This document shows positions 9,904 through 22,070 of a stretch of DNA of 64,000 bases, in pieces. A program made the translations under genes and the position numbers. The stretch is from an uncultured Bacilli bacterium. GTDB taxonomy: Bacteria > Bacillota_I > Bacilli_A > RF39 > UBA660. The stretch's first letter is position 1, and each line of letters begins with the position of its first letter. The DNA lies in contig CAKPSO010000002.1 of the NCBI GenBank assembly GCA_934183185.1, positions 3,050-67,049 of the forward strand, read 5' to 3'. The notes below the pieces were generated by a model that made no database searches, was not told the origin of the DNA, and worked only from the letters and a program-made list of their open reading frames with translations.

Positions 9904-9988
9904 TGGTGCGGGTAACAGGAGTTGAACCTGCAAGCCTTGCGGCGCTAGATCCTAAGTCTAGTGCGTCTGCCAATTCCGCCATACCCGC
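9904..9988 (-). tRNA. tRNA-Leu (anticodon UAG), long variable arm, encoded CCA
   Basis: Reverse complement GCGGGTATGGCGGAATTGGCAGACGCACTAGACTTAGGATCTAGCGCCGCAAGGCTTGCAGGTTCAACTCCTGTTACCCGCACCA. Confidence 0.9.
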
Positions 9989-9993
9989 AAAAA

Positions 9994-10070
9994 TGGTGGA
10001 CCCTGATGGACTCGAACCATCGACCGCCCGGTTATGAGCCGGATGCTCTAACCAACTGAGCTAAGGGTCC
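9994..10070 (-). tRNA. tRNA with CAU anticodon, sequence resembles tRNA-Ile2 (lysidine) more than elongator Met; encoded CCA
   Basis: Reverse complement GGACCCTTAGCTCAGTTGGTTAGAGCATCCGGCTCATAACCGGGCGGTCGATGGTTCGAGTCCATCAGGGTCCACCA closely matches Bacillus tRNA-Ile(CAU) architecture. Confidence 0.8.
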
Positions 10071-10151
10071 ATGACTATTTAATAATAGCACAAAGATAAA
10101 TAGTATGCAACAACTTTTGTTAAAAAAAATTAATTTCCCTTAATTTTATTT

Positions 10152-11051
10152 CTATAGTCTGGATGGTGATTTAATTTTTTCTTTTAATTTGTCTTCTGGC
10201 ATACCTATACTAATGTTTTTTCTTCTTATTAAACCGTCTTTATTCATTTCAGTAAATAAATCATATAGAATTAATCTTTTTGCATTTTTTAGATTAATAA
10301 TATCACTGTCATTATTAGCTAAATAATTTATTGATTTATGTTCACAATAATGCTTTCTAAATATAAACCTTTGAGTACTGTCAGTTAATCCTTGAGATAC
10401 TTGATGAAATTTATCATATATTTTTATAATACTATTAGGATCCATTATTAGCAGTTTTATATCATTATATATTAAATCCATTTCAAAGGGATTTAATATA
10501 TATTTTATTTTTTCTTGTGGCACATGAATATAATAAAGTATTTCTCTATTTTTGATTGCAAATTTAATTCCTAAACTTTCTGGATCAACTGGTTCTCCAT
10601 CTTTACGTAGTAAAGCATTTCGTTCATATAATTTATCTATTGACTCTTTATTACTAGTATCAATACTTCCATATCCAAAAGTATTTTCTAAACTGCAGTT
10701 TCTATCTAATACTGCTACTTTATTTATGTCTTGGCTAACATAAAAATCAAGCATATTAAATGGTGATTTAGAAAATGAAATCCAGCGTGTAGGTACATGA
10801 GTACCATTTAGTAAATGAGCAGCTATATCTTTTCTTATATCTTTATTAAGGTCTTCTGAAATTTGTTTATTTACTATCGATGTAAAACTAGGATTATTAA
10901 TTAGGTCTTTGATATGAATGTTACTATCAAAAATGTTTTGATTTAGTAATATTTCTTCTTTCAATCTTACCAAAATATCTTTACTATACATTCCAAGATT
11001 CTGTTCTACTGTAGCTAAATCAAATTTATTTAAGGCACGATAGATATACAT
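10152..11051 (-). CDS. Hypothetical protein (299 aa)
   Basis: Intact ORF adjacent to tRNA genes, no motifs recognised. Confidence 0.4.
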   Translation of the reverse strand: MYIYRALNKFDLATVEQNLGMYSKDILVRLKEEILLNQNIFDSNIHIKDLINNPSFTSIVNKQISEDLNKDIRKDIAAHLLNGTHVPTRWISFSKSPFNMLDFYVSQDINKVAVLDRNCSLENTFGYGSIDTSNKESIDKLYERNALLRKDGEPVDPESLGIKFAIKNREILYYIHVPQEKIKYILNPFEMDLIYNDIKLLIMDPNSIIKIYDKFHQVSQGLTDSTQRFIFRKHYCEHKSINYLANNDSDIINLKNAKRLILYDLFTEMNKDGLIRRKNISIGMPEDKLKEKIKSPSRL

Positions 11052-11132
11052 TATGCAACACCTCTTTTTTTGCCAATTAATATAACACTAATTATAATTA
11101 ATGTAAATAATAAAAGTAGGAATTTTTATTCC

Positions 11133-11561
11133 CTACTTGTGCAACATATTCATTAATTCAATTTTAAACATATCTCTTTTGGCATTTGACTTAGAAACCA
11201 TAACTCCCTTATATGTTGATAATTCTATTCTATGTCCCTCTTCAAAGATATCTTCTGGAGTTATATTGGTTAGTAATATGGTATTATTCTTAGAAAATAT
11301 AGTATAGTGTAATCTGATTACACCATGAACTTTTTTAAATAAATCATCAGTTGGCAACTCCAATTCATATGATACACTTGATTCATTTTTATTTTCTTCA
11401 ACAACTTTGCCTAAAAAGTTTCCATTTTTAAGCTCAGGATAATACTGGAATACTAATTTTTTATATGCTAACATGTTATATTTACGAAGTGAACGTTCTT
11501 TTAATCTAAAATCGTTTTCATTTAGATAATCAAAAATATATCCTTTTTTCATTTCAACCAT
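11133..11561 (-). CDS. Hypothetical protein with weak RelE/ParE-like C-terminal pattern
   Basis: HGVIRLHYTIFSKNNTILLTNI resembles the RelE/ParE beta-strand core; low confidence. Confidence 0.3.
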   Translation of the reverse strand: MVEMKKGYIFDYLNENDFRLKERSLRKYNMLAYKKLVFQYYPELKNGNFLGKVVEENKNESSVSYELELPTDDLFKKVHGVIRLHYTIFSKNNTILLTNITPEDIFEEGHRIELSTYKGVMVSKSNAKRDMFKIELMNMLHK

Positions 11562-11720
11562 CCCCTATTCATTGTCCCCCAACCTTATTTATATGCTCTA
11601 TGTCTATAATACAAGGTATTCATGATGTTACCACAAAATACCTTTAAAATCAAGCATTTTTAGCTAATATTAGACAGTTAAAAGGAAAAAGTACTAGAAT
11701 TTGACATCTAGTACTCTATT

Positions 11721-13472
11721 TTAATCTTTATTTATTAAATCAATTCCTAAATCAGTTAACTGATTTTTTTCTACAAAATTTGGGCATTCACTCATTAAAC
11801 ATGATGCACTAGCTGTTTTAGGGAAAGCAATTACGTCACGAATGTTTTCTGTATTTGTTAAAAGCATTGTAAGCCTATCTAGTCCTAACGCTAATCCTCC
11901 GTGTGGTGGAGTTCCATAGTCAAATGCTTCTAAGAAGAACCCAAACTTTTCCTTTGCTTGTTCAGGAGTAAAACCCAAAGCTTCAAACATTTTAGCTTGT
12001 ACTTCGTGTTTATGAATACGAATACTTCCACCCCCAGCTTCATAACCGTTAATAACGATATCATAAGCTTTTGAATAGCAGTGTCCTGGATCGGTTATTA
12101 ATTTATCTATATCACTATCTTTAGGGGCTGTAAAAGGATGATGACAAGCTACATATCTATTTTCTTGTTCGCTATATTCAAATGATGGGAAATCTACTAC
12201 CCATAGTAATTTATAGTCATCTTTATCAATAAGATCTAAATCACGAGCTAATTTACATCTTAAAGCTCCTAAAGCTATTTTGGTAATATTATATGAGTTA
12301 GCTACTATTAGTATTAAATCGTTGTTTTCAATATTTAATTTATCTTTTAAAGATTCTAGTTCTTTATCACTAACTACCTTACGAATACTTCCAGTAAATT
12401 CATCATCAGTATATTTTAACCATGCAAGTCCACTAGCTTTATAAGTTTTTACATAGTCAGTTAACTTGTCTATATCCTTACGAGAATATTTATCAGAAGC
12501 ATTTTTAACTACTAAACAGTTAATGATTCCATTATTATCTAAAACTGTTTTAAATACAGTAAATTCTGTACTTTTAAATATATCAGTAATATCCTGTATT
12601 TTCATATCGAATCTTAAATCCGGTTTATCTGAACCATAATTACTAATAGCATCATCATATTTCATTTTCATAAGTGGAAGAGAAATATCTATACTTTTTA
12701 CTTCTTTAAATACTTGGGCTACTAATTTTTCTGTAATACTCATTACATCTTCTTCTTCAACAAAACTCATTTCCATATCAATTTGAGTAAATTCTGGTTG
12801 ACGATCAGCTCTTAAATCTTCGTCTCTAAAACACTTAGCTATTTGAAAATATTTTTCTACTCCACCAATCATTAATAACTGTTTAAATATCTGAGGAGAT
12901 TGTGGTAGGGCATAGAACTTTCCTTTATTAACACGTGATGGTACTAAGTAATCTCTTGCACCTTCAGGAGTTGATTTACATAATACTGGAGTTTCTACTT
13001 CTATAAAGCCATTACTTGCTAGGAAGTTTCTAACAGCCATAGTAATTTTACTACGTGTAATCAATTTATTTTTTAATTCATCTCTTCTTAAATCTAGATA
13101 ACGATATTTAAGTCTAGTGTCTTCTAGAGCAGTTGTGTTATCAGTAATTTCAAATGGTAAGTCATTAGCCATGTTTATAAGTTCTAGACTGGATACTATC
13201 ACTTCTATTTCTCCTGTTGGGATTTTAGTATTTTTACTTTCTCTTTCAACTATTTTTCCAACTATATGGATAACTGATTCACTTTTTAAGCTACTAGCTA
13301 AATCATAATCTTTTGTTTCAGGTCTTACTACAAGTTGAATAATACCACTTCTATCTCTTAAATCTATAAATATTAAGCCACCAAGATTTCTCTTTTTAGC
13401 TACCCAACCATATAATTCTACTTCTTCACCAATATTTTTAATATTAAAATCTGTATTATTATTTTTCTTCAT
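11721..13472 (-). CDS. aspS: Aspartate--tRNA ligase
   Basis: 583 aa; class II aaRS motifs ([35 protein letters not shown]) and N-terminal OB anticodon-binding domain. Confidence 0.95.
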   Translation of the reverse strand: MKKNNNTDFNIKNIGEEVELYGWVAKKRNLGGLIFIDLRDRSGIIQLVVRPETKDYDLASSLKSESVIHIVGKIVERESKNTKIPTGEIEVIVSSLELINMANDLPFEITDNTTALEDTRLKYRYLDLRRDELKNKLITRSKITMAVRNFLASNGFIEVETPVLCKSTPEGARDYLVPSRVNKGKFYALPQSPQIFKQLLMIGGVEKYFQIAKCFRDEDLRADRQPEFTQIDMEMSFVEEEDVMSITEKLVAQVFKEVKSIDISLPLMKMKYDDAISNYGSDKPDLRFDMKIQDITDIFKSTEFTVFKTVLDNNGIINCLVVKNASDKYSRKDIDKLTDYVKTYKASGLAWLKYTDDEFTGSIRKVVSDKELESLKDKLNIENNDLILIVANSYNITKIALGALRCKLARDLDLIDKDDYKLLWVVDFPSFEYSEQENRYVACHHPFTAPKDSDIDKLITDPGHCYSKAYDIVINGYEAGGGSIRIHKHEVQAKMFEALGFTPEQAKEKFGFFLEAFDYGTPPHGGLALGLDRLTMLLTNTENIRDVIAFPKTASASCLMSECPNFVEKNQLTDLGIDLINKD

Positions 13473-13487
13473 ATTTTCAACTTCTTT

Positions 13488-14861
13488 CTAAAACTCTATG
13501 TCATCATGGCAGTGACAATCACCATTACATGAACAGTCGTCACCATTATCATGGCAATTACATTCATGATCGCTGCAACAACATGCATCATCATCTACTA
13601 ATGATTCATCTAAATAATACATTAAATAATCAAGTTCAACTGTTGTTTCCTCTTTAGTTTTATTATTTTTAACTTTAATTTCATTATTTTTTAAGTCTTC
13701 ATCATTTAGAATGATTAGGAATTTACTATTTAATCTATCTGCCTGTTTAAACTGTGATTTTAAACCTCTACCTGTATATTCAGTATCTACTTTAAAGCCA
13801 CTCATACGAAGTTCCTGTACTAAGGTTGCTGCATATTCTTTTTCTGTATCAGATACATACATAACGAAACAGTCAATAGTATTATCTATTGGTAGTTCTA
13901 TGCCTTCTTTTTCTATAGCTAACATAAGTCTACCTATACCCATAGCGAAGCCTATTCCTGGCACTTCTGGCCCACCTAATTGACTAGATAGTGAATTGTA
14001 TCTTCCACCAGCCCCAAGTGCATTTTGACTACCGAATCCCTCAACCATTGCTTCTATCTCAAAAACAGTGTGATCATAATAATCAAGTCCACGTACGACA
14101 TTTGGATTTACTTCAAAATCAATATCCATCTGTGTAAGATATTCTTGAACATTCTCAAATCTTTTGCGGCTTTCATCATTTAGATAATCTATAATCTTAG
14201 GAGCTTTTTTCATAATATCAGTATTTTCATCTACCTTACAGTCTAAAATACGTAGTGGATTTTTCTCTAAACGATTCTTACAGTCATCACACATTTTATC
14301 AATATAAGGTGTAAAGTATTCAATTAAAGATTTGCGATAATTATCACGTGATTCTTTGTCACCTAGTGAGTTAATATTTACTTTAATTCCTTTTAATCCT
14401 ACTAATTTATAGATATTTACAGCCATAGAGATAACTTCAGCATCTATCATAGGATCATCACTACCTATTACTTCTACACCAAACTGAGTAAGTTCTCTAT
14501 CTCTACCTGATTGTGGTCTTTCATAACGATACATTGTACCATTATAATATAGTTTGATAGGTTGTGTTGCTTCTCCATACATTTTGTTTTCAATGTAACT
14601 TCTAACTACTCCAGCTGTTCCTTCTGGTCTTAGAGTCATTTTTCTATCTCCTCGATCGATAAAATCATAGGTTTCTTTAGTAACTATATCACTAGTTTCA
14701 CCTACCCCTCTATGAAATAATTCACTAGATTCAAATATTGGTGTACGAATATACTGATAGTTATATTTTTCACATACTGAGTCTATTAAATCATTTACAT
14801 ATTTCCATTTTTTTGCTTCTATGCCATATATATCATGACATCCCTTTGGTTTTGTTATCAT
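13488..14861 (-). CDS. hisS: Histidine--tRNA ligase with unusual Cys/His-rich C-terminal tail
   Basis: Class II HisRS motifs (RYERPQSGRDRELTQFGVE, GGRYNSL); last ~35 aa DDDACCCSDHECNCHDNGDDCSCNGDCHCHDDIEF. Confidence 0.9.
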   Translation of the reverse strand: MITKPKGCHDIYGIEAKKWKYVNDLIDSVCEKYNYQYIRTPIFESSELFHRGVGETSDIVTKETYDFIDRGDRKMTLRPEGTAGVVRSYIENKMYGEATQPIKLYYNGTMYRYERPQSGRDRELTQFGVEVIGSDDPMIDAEVISMAVNIYKLVGLKGIKVNINSLGDKESRDNYRKSLIEYFTPYIDKMCDDCKNRLEKNPLRILDCKVDENTDIMKKAPKIIDYLNDESRKRFENVQEYLTQMDIDFEVNPNVVRGLDYYDHTVFEIEAMVEGFGSQNALGAGGRYNSLSSQLGGPEVPGIGFAMGIGRLMLAIEKEGIELPIDNTIDCFVMYVSDTEKEYAATLVQELRMSGFKVDTEYTGRGLKSQFKQADRLNSKFLIILNDEDLKNNEIKVKNNKTKEETTVELDYLMYYLDESLVDDDACCCSDHECNCHDNGDDCSCNGDCHCHDDIEF

Positions 14862-14881
14862 ATTATATTCCTTCTTTCTTT

Positions 14882-15340
14882 TTATTTTTTATATTGTTTG
14901 ACAAATTGTTCTAAACTTTCTAAATTCTTACAAGCATTAACACAAAAAAATAATCCTTCTGTAATTTCTTCATATTTCTTATCTTGATCTAAAACGTCAT
15001 AGTAATAATAATCAGAATCAAGATGCTTAAATAATGTTAATTCTTCTTTATCGTTTAAATCCACTAATTTATTTCCATTTATATCATAAATATTTTTCAA
15101 ACCATTGGCATGATTTTTGACTTTAGTTCCTATATAATAAATTTTCATATTTTCAGGTTTTGATAATTCAGAAATTTTTGATAAAGCAAATTGATAATTT
15201 GGTAGTTTTTCTTCAAAAATTTTGGCTATTACTTGTAAATTTTCAATATATTGACTATTTTCTAATTGTACATTTTCTGATTTCGTTGATCTGAAAAATT
15301 TGGGTAATATAGATAATCTACTTACTTTAATATGTTGCAT
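14882..15340 (-). CDS. Hypothetical protein (152 aa) between the His T-box leader and hisS
   Basis: Intact ORF with GGAGGAT RBS directly downstream of the T-box terminator. Confidence 0.4.
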   Translation of the reverse strand: MQHIKVSRLSILPKFFRSTKSENVQLENSQYIENLQVIAKIFEEKLPNYQFALSKISELSKPENMKIYYIGTKVKNHANGLKNIYDINGNKLVDLNDKEELTLFKHLDSDYYYYDVLDQDKKYEEITEGLFFCVNACKNLESLEQFVKQYKK

Positions 15341-15344
15341 AATA

Positions 15345-15590
15345 TCCTCCTTACAATATAAAAAGGTAGTCCATCTAAGGACGAGTTTCCCCGTGGTGCC
15401 ACCTTTATTTTTTCTTAATTCTTTAACGCAGACATACGATTACCATAAATGAAAAGTGTCTTCATTAGTTATTACTAAGTATTTCCATCAACCATACTCT
15501 TTCTATAAGAGATATACTAATTACTCTTCTTTTCAGGTATAAGTTAATTTTACTATAATCATTGGGATTTTTCAAGCTGATTTTCATTTA
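15345..15590 (-). promoter_or_regulatory. T-box riboswitch leader (His specifier CAC) controlling the 152-aa ORF-hisS-aspS operon
   Basis: Minus strand contains T-box sequence AAAGGUGGCACCACGGGG, a terminator plus U-run, stem I AGAGU region and a specifier-like loop GACACUU. Confidence 0.65.
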
Positions 15591-15592
15591 AA

Positions 15593-16600
15593 TTATCTTA
15601 ACGTGAATCTTTTAGCCTTAACTGCATGACATGGATCTCTACTAATTTCTTGATAGTTCTTTAGATATTGTCTTAAAAAGTAAACTTTATCAAGATTGTT
15701 ATCAAATATCATATCTACTAGTTCAAGGGCAAGTGGAAGATTGATTCTGTTATACATATTTAATTCAGTAGCTGAAATTCTATTATTTTCCAGCTTATAA
15801 TCTAAAAAATCTTCATCAATTAATCCTTTAGTTGGTGCAGTCATTAATTTAGCTGCTGTATTAATATTATTTTGCCATATAACTTCATTTAGGGTTCCAT
15901 TTGATGCTCTAAACTCTACGGTATTATCTCCGTATTTATCAGCAAGATCAAAAATATTAATATGCACAAAACTTAAAGCATTATATTTTTCACTTAATAA
16001 GTAACCGTTCTTTAGCATTTCTTTAGTATCTGTATACTTATATGATTTTAAAAGTTGACAGTATATTGCATCAGCTGTTGGCGGGGCATACTGCCATATG
16101 TTTTTTCTGGCATTTACTTTATCTCCATAGAAAAAACGTAATAGTATACTTTCATAGGCTGCATACACTTTCATGAATTGTAACCAGTACTCTCTATTTT
16201 CTCCTAAAATACTAGCTCCAATATGAATGTGGGCACCAGCATTAATATCTGCATTTGCATGCCTATTTTTTAATTTTTGACATATCAGTTTTATTTCACT
16301 CCAAGTTTGTTTTCTATCAGTTAATATTGGTGATATAACTTCACCAACAGATATTAATGAACTATCAGTTGTTGATTTCCAATTACTAACCTTTTTACTT
16401 ACAAATCTATCAATTACTCGCTTTGATAATTTTTCATATTCAATCTCGATTCCGAAAGTAACTGATTCATCCAAGTTTAAACTAGTACGATAAGATAAGT
16501 AATAGTTTTCTATTTGATTAATTAATCCTTCTATATCTGATTTTCCTAATTCTTGAAAGCTATCATTTCTGGTTTCATCAATATAGTTCATATTCATCAC
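15593..16600 (-). CDS. Amidoligase-like enzyme (glutamine-synthetase-fold Amidoligase_2 family)
   Basis: FGIEIEYEK and GAHIHIG motifs match the putative-amidoligase family signature. Confidence 0.45.
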   Translation of the reverse strand: MMNMNYIDETRNDSFQELGKSDIEGLINQIENYYLSYRTSLNLDESVTFGIEIEYEKLSKRVIDRFVSKKVSNWKSTTDSSLISVGEVISPILTDRKQTWSEIKLICQKLKNRHANADINAGAHIHIGASILGENREYWLQFMKVYAAYESILLRFFYGDKVNARKNIWQYAPPTADAIYCQLLKSYKYTDTKEMLKNGYLLSEKYNALSFVHINIFDLADKYGDNTVEFRASNGTLNEVIWQNNINTAAKLMTAPTKGLIDEDFLDYKLENNRISATELNMYNRINLPLALELVDMIFDNNLDKVYFLRQYLKNYQEISRDPCHAVKAKRFTLR

Positions 16601-16661
16601 CTAAATCGTGGCATATTATACTATAAAATACATTAATAGTCAATTAAAATAAGGCTAATAA

Positions 16662-17309
16662 CTATTTATCTAAGTCAGAATGTTTGATTATAAAAAGGCT
16701 TTTTTCTTTATAGAAAGCATAAAAAATATCAGATAATAATACTTTTTCTTCCTTTAGAGTATTTTCTAACCAAGCCCTATCTTTACCTATTGCGTTTAAT
16801 GTTTCATTTTGAATATCACCATCTAGTATGAGTGGTAATGGATAGTTACCAAATTTATTACCTTTCTTTAAAAATATACTTAACTTACCACTAGTTTCTA
16901 GAATTGCATACTCTACTTCTTCTATACTTCTTACATGTTGTTCTCTTAACTGAGTTAATAAATCATCGATGTTGTATCTTTGCTTTACCATTTCTTTAAA
17001 GTTAATTATACCTTTATTTATCATAACTGATGGCACCCCATCAAAGGCATCTCTTACTTTGGCATTTTTTAGAGAATAAAAAGCCATACCTATTTGTATT
17101 AAAACTAAAACTATAATTGGAATGATCGATAAAAAAATACTTTCATGTCTGTTATCTATTGATATAGCTGCCAGTTCAGCTATTAAGATAGAGACTATTA
17201 AATCAACTATTCCTAATTGCCCTACTTCTCTTTTTCCCATAAAACGATATAAAAAAGTAATTAGTACATAAAATAAAATAGTTCTTTCTAACACAATCCA
17301 ATATTCCAT
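16662..17309 (-). CDS. DUF421/YetF-family membrane protein
   Basis: N-terminal TM helices and LRE..V...ELSIFLK architecture typical of YetF/DUF421. Confidence 0.55.
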   Translation of the reverse strand: MEYWIVLERTILFYVLITFLYRFMGKREVGQLGIVDLIVSILIAELAAISIDNRHESIFLSIIPIIVLVLIQIGMAFYSLKNAKVRDAFDGVPSVMINKGIINFKEMVKQRYNIDDLLTQLREQHVRSIEEVEYAILETSGKLSIFLKKGNKFGNYPLPLILDGDIQNETLNAIGKDRAWLENTLKEEKVLLSDIFYAFYKEKSLFIIKHSDLDK

Positions 17310-17374
17310 AGTATCACCTAATTTTATTATGATATTTAGAATACTTTTTTATTCAGATTCATATCTTTAATTAG

Positions 17375-17749
17375 GTGATTTATATGAATTTATTAAAATA
17401 TGCTAAGGTATTATTATATATTTTAGTACCTATTTTAATACTTAGTGTGATTGTGTCTTTATTATATTATTTTAATTTTATTAATATTGTTAGTAGTAGT
17501 TATTTGAAACTGATTATTACTTTACTATCAACTTTAGTTGGAGGAATTTATATAGGAAATAAGGCTACAAAAAAGGGGTGGTTAGAAGGTATAAAGGTTG
17601 GATTTGAGGTAGTAGTACTGTTATTCTTAATAAGTTATTTAGGGTTTGATAAGGGTATAAGTATTAAAACTATGATTTATTATTTCTTGATAATTGCTTC
17701 ATCTATGCTAGGTAGTATGGTTGGTATAAATAGAAGAAAAAGTAACTAA
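17375..17749 (+). CDS. Small polytopic membrane protein (hypothetical)
   Basis: 124 aa, 3-4 predicted TM helices; one of only two plus-strand genes. Confidence 0.4.
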   Translation: MIYMNLLKYAKVLLYILVPILILSVIVSLLYYFNFINIVSSSYLKLIITLLSTLVGGIYIGNKATKKGWLEGIKVGFEVVVLLFLISYLGFDKGISIKTMIYYFLIIASSMLGSMVGINRRKSN

Positions 17750-17755
17750 ACTTAA

Positions 17756-19405
<1,650 letters not shown>

Positions 19406-19414
19406 GGGTATCTC

Positions 19415-20452
19415 CTAATATTTTATTAGCATACTATCGCCAAATGAGAAGAAACGGTATTTTTCTTTTACTGCTTCTTTATAAGCGTTTAGTACATTTT
19501 TTCTACCGGCAAGAGCACTAATTAGCATGATAAGAGTTGACTTTGGTAAATGAAAGTTAGTAATTAAATAGTCAATGGCTTTAAACTCATAACCTGGATA
19601 AATAAAGATATCAGTGTTACCAGTACATTCCCTAAACTCACCATACTTAGTCATAATAGTTTCAAGGGTTCTAACACTAGTTGTTCCAACAGCTATTATT
19701 TTTTTATGATTTTTATGAGTTGATGTTAAAATTTTGGCTGTTTCTTTACTCATTTCATAATATTCTGTATGCATTTTATGTTCAAGAATATTTTCTTCTT
19801 GAACTGGTCTAAAGGTACCAAGCCCTACATGCAAAGTAACATAAGCTATATTTATACCTTTTTCTTTAACTTGTGCTAGTAATTCTTTAGTAAAATGTAG
19901 ACCTGCAGTTGGAGCTGCACTACTACCTATGTTTTTAGCATATACGGTATTGTATCTAGTTTGATCTTCTAGTTTTTCGTGTATATATGGTGGTAGTGGC
20001 ATTGTACCTAGTTTATCAAGTATTTCTAATAATATTCCATTATATATTAATTCATACTTACGAATTCCATCTTCACCCTCAAAAATACATTTAGCTTTTA
20101 ATTCACCATTACCAAAAGAAATAATGGTTCCAACATGTACTCTTTTAGCTGGTCTAGTTAAACATTCCCAAGTGTCATCTTGAATATCTTTTAATAATAA
20201 TACTTCAATAATGGCGCCAGTATCTTCCTTAGTTCCAATTAATCTAGCTGGTAATACTTTGGTATCATTAAGTACTAAAGTATCTCCTTCTTCCATATAA
20301 TCTAAAATGTCTGTAAAATGTCTGTGTTCTATTTCTCCAGTATTTTTGTCTAATACCATTAATCTGGATGAATCTCTTTTTTCTAATGGTACTTGGGCTA
20401 TTAATTCTTCTGGTAAATAATAATCAAAATCTTCTAGTTGCATTATAATCAC
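19415..20452 (-). CDS. queA: S-adenosylmethionine:tRNA ribosyltransferase-isomerase
   Basis: [14 protein letters not shown]-terminus and QueA core motifs. Confidence 0.9.
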   Translation of the reverse strand: MIIMQLEDFDYYLPEELIAQVPLEKRDSSRLMVLDKNTGEIEHRHFTDILDYMEEGDTLVLNDTKVLPARLIGTKEDTGAIIEVLLLKDIQDDTWECLTRPAKRVHVGTIISFGNGELKAKCIFEGEDGIRKYELIYNGILLEILDKLGTMPLPPYIHEKLEDQTRYNTVYAKNIGSSAAPTAGLHFTKELLAQVKEKGINIAYVTLHVGLGTFRPVQEENILEHKMHTEYYEMSKETAKILTSTHKNHKKIIAVGTTSVRTLETIMTKYGEFRECTGNTDIFIYPGYEFKAIDYLITNFHLPKSTLIMLISALAGRKNVLNAYKEAVKEKYRFFSFGDSMLIKY

Positions 20453-20459
20453 ATCTTTT

Positions 20460-21026
20460 CTATTTTTCTATTAATTTTAATATTTCGTAATAATCTAATT
20501 TTTCTATATGAGAAGCAAATTCTTTAGCAAATTCATCTATTTGATTGGATTTTACTTTGTTTACTTGAGATAATTTGTAGGCATATTCTAGCATTTCAAC
20601 TCTAGTAAGATTTTCTAATGTTTTAGTACGAACAGCATTTAAAATAGTGCTATTGCCAACTATTGGTAATTCTTTTTCAATAGCATTTATTTCTTTTTCG
20701 TTAAAGTAATCAGTTAATACAAATAAGCTTCCATATTCTAGTTTAGTTATATCTAATTTTCCAAACTTGATTAAACATGAAAGTGTAATGATATAACTGA
20801 TTTTTTCATCTTTAGAAATAAATAAACCATCTATAAATTCTATAAATTCCAAGATATGTAACTGAACTTCTTCACTTTCTAATAAAAGTATTGGTAGGTT
20901 AGTCCATTTTTGAATGTCATCACTATTTTCTACAATTTCAAATTTTTTACCTACTATTTTATTTATTTTGTCAATAACTTGTTTTAAAGTCATTGGCTTC
21001 ATCGGATCTAGTATCTTATCTTCCAT
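20460..21026 (-). CDS. Hypothetical protein (188 aa) between ruvB and queA
   Basis: Intact ORF, no motifs recognised. Confidence 0.4.
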   Translation of the reverse strand: MEDKILDPMKPMTLKQVIDKINKIVGKKFEIVENSDDIQKWTNLPILLLESEEVQLHILEFIEFIDGLFISKDEKISYIITLSCLIKFGKLDITKLEYGSLFVLTDYFNEKEINAIEKELPIVGNSTILNAVRTKTLENLTRVEMLEYAYKLSQVNKVKSNQIDEFAKEFASHIEKLDYYEILKLIEK

Positions 21027-21044
21027 TTTTTATTCCCCTTTTCT

Positions 21045-22070
21045 TTAATTAAAAATACTATTTTGATATTCTATTTGCAAGTGTTCATAAGCTAAAGATG
21101 TTACCATTCTACCACGTGGTGTTCGTTTTAGAAAGCCTTGTTGTAGAAGATATGGCTCATATACATCTTCTATAGTAGTAACTTCTTCACCAATAGCTGA
21201 AGCAACTGATTCAATACCTACTGGGCCACCGTTAAATTTATTAATAATTGCTAATAATAATTGGTGGTCAGTATCGTCTAATCCCTTATCATCAATCCTT
21301 AGACGTTGTAGTGCTTTTTTAGTAATATCAATGTCTATTATACCATTTCCTTCAACTAATGCAAAGTCCCTAACACGTTTAAATAAACGGTTAGCTATTC
21401 TTGGCGTACCTCTACTTCTTCTAGCAAGTTCTCGGCTTGCATCGTCTTCAATTGGTACATTTAGTACTTTAGAAGTTCTCTTGACGATATCTATTAATTC
21501 TTCTTCTGTGTAATATTGAAGTTTAGCAATGATTCCAAAACGGTCTCTAAGTGGTGATGTTAAATCTCCAGCTCTAGTTGTAGCTCCCACTAGAGTAAAT
21601 GGTGGTAGGTTAATTCTAATATTTCTACTATTTCCTTCACCACCAATAATTATATCTAATACATAGTCTTCCATTGCTGGATATAATATTTCTTCAATGT
21701 ATGATGGCATACGATGTATTTCGTCTATAAATAGGACATCTCCCGGCTCCAATGAAGATAAAATTGCAGCTAAATCTCCCGATTTTTCAATGCTCGGCCC
21801 ACTAGCTGTTTTTATATTTACACCTAATTCATTAGCAATGATATTAGCTAGGGTAGTTTTTCCTAAACCTGGTGGCCCATAGAGTAAAACATGATCTAGT
21901 GGTTCAGATCTCATTTTGGCTGCTTCAATATAGACTTTAATGTTTTCTTTTACTTCTTTTTGCCCAATATAGTCAGCTAAATACTCCGGTCTTATATTCT
22001 GTTCTACACTATCTTCTTCTAGTTCCTCGTTTGTTATTATTCTATCATCCATCTTATTTTCTCCTTTCAC
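21045..22070 (-). CDS. ruvB: Holliday junction ATP-dependent DNA helicase RuvB
   Basis: Walker [18 protein letters not shown], sensor motifs and RuvB C-terminal winged helix. Confidence 0.95.
   Translation of the reverse strand: MKGENKMDDRIITNEELEEDSVEQNIRPEYLADYIGQKEVKENIKVYIEAAKMRSEPLDHVLLYGPPGLGKTTLANIIANELGVNIKTASGPSIEKSGDLAAILSSLEPGDVLFIDEIHRMPSYIEEILYPAMEDYVLDIIIGGEGNSRNIRINLPPFTLVGATTRAGDLTSPLRDRFGIIAKLQYYTEEELIDIVKRTSKVLNVPIEDDASRELARRSRGTPRIANRLFKRVRDFALVEGNGIIDIDITKKALQRLRIDDKGLDDTDHQLLLAIINKFNGGPVGIESVASAIGEEVTTIEDVYEPYLLQQGFLKRTPRGRMVTSLAYEHLQIEYQNSIFN

Noticed and set aside
5031-9910. Search for an integrase/recombinase or intact plasmid replication gene within the tRNA-associated modules
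   Set aside because: No ORF shows tyrosine-recombinase (R..H..R..Y) or serine-recombinase motifs, so the region is called a decayed remnant rather than an active element.
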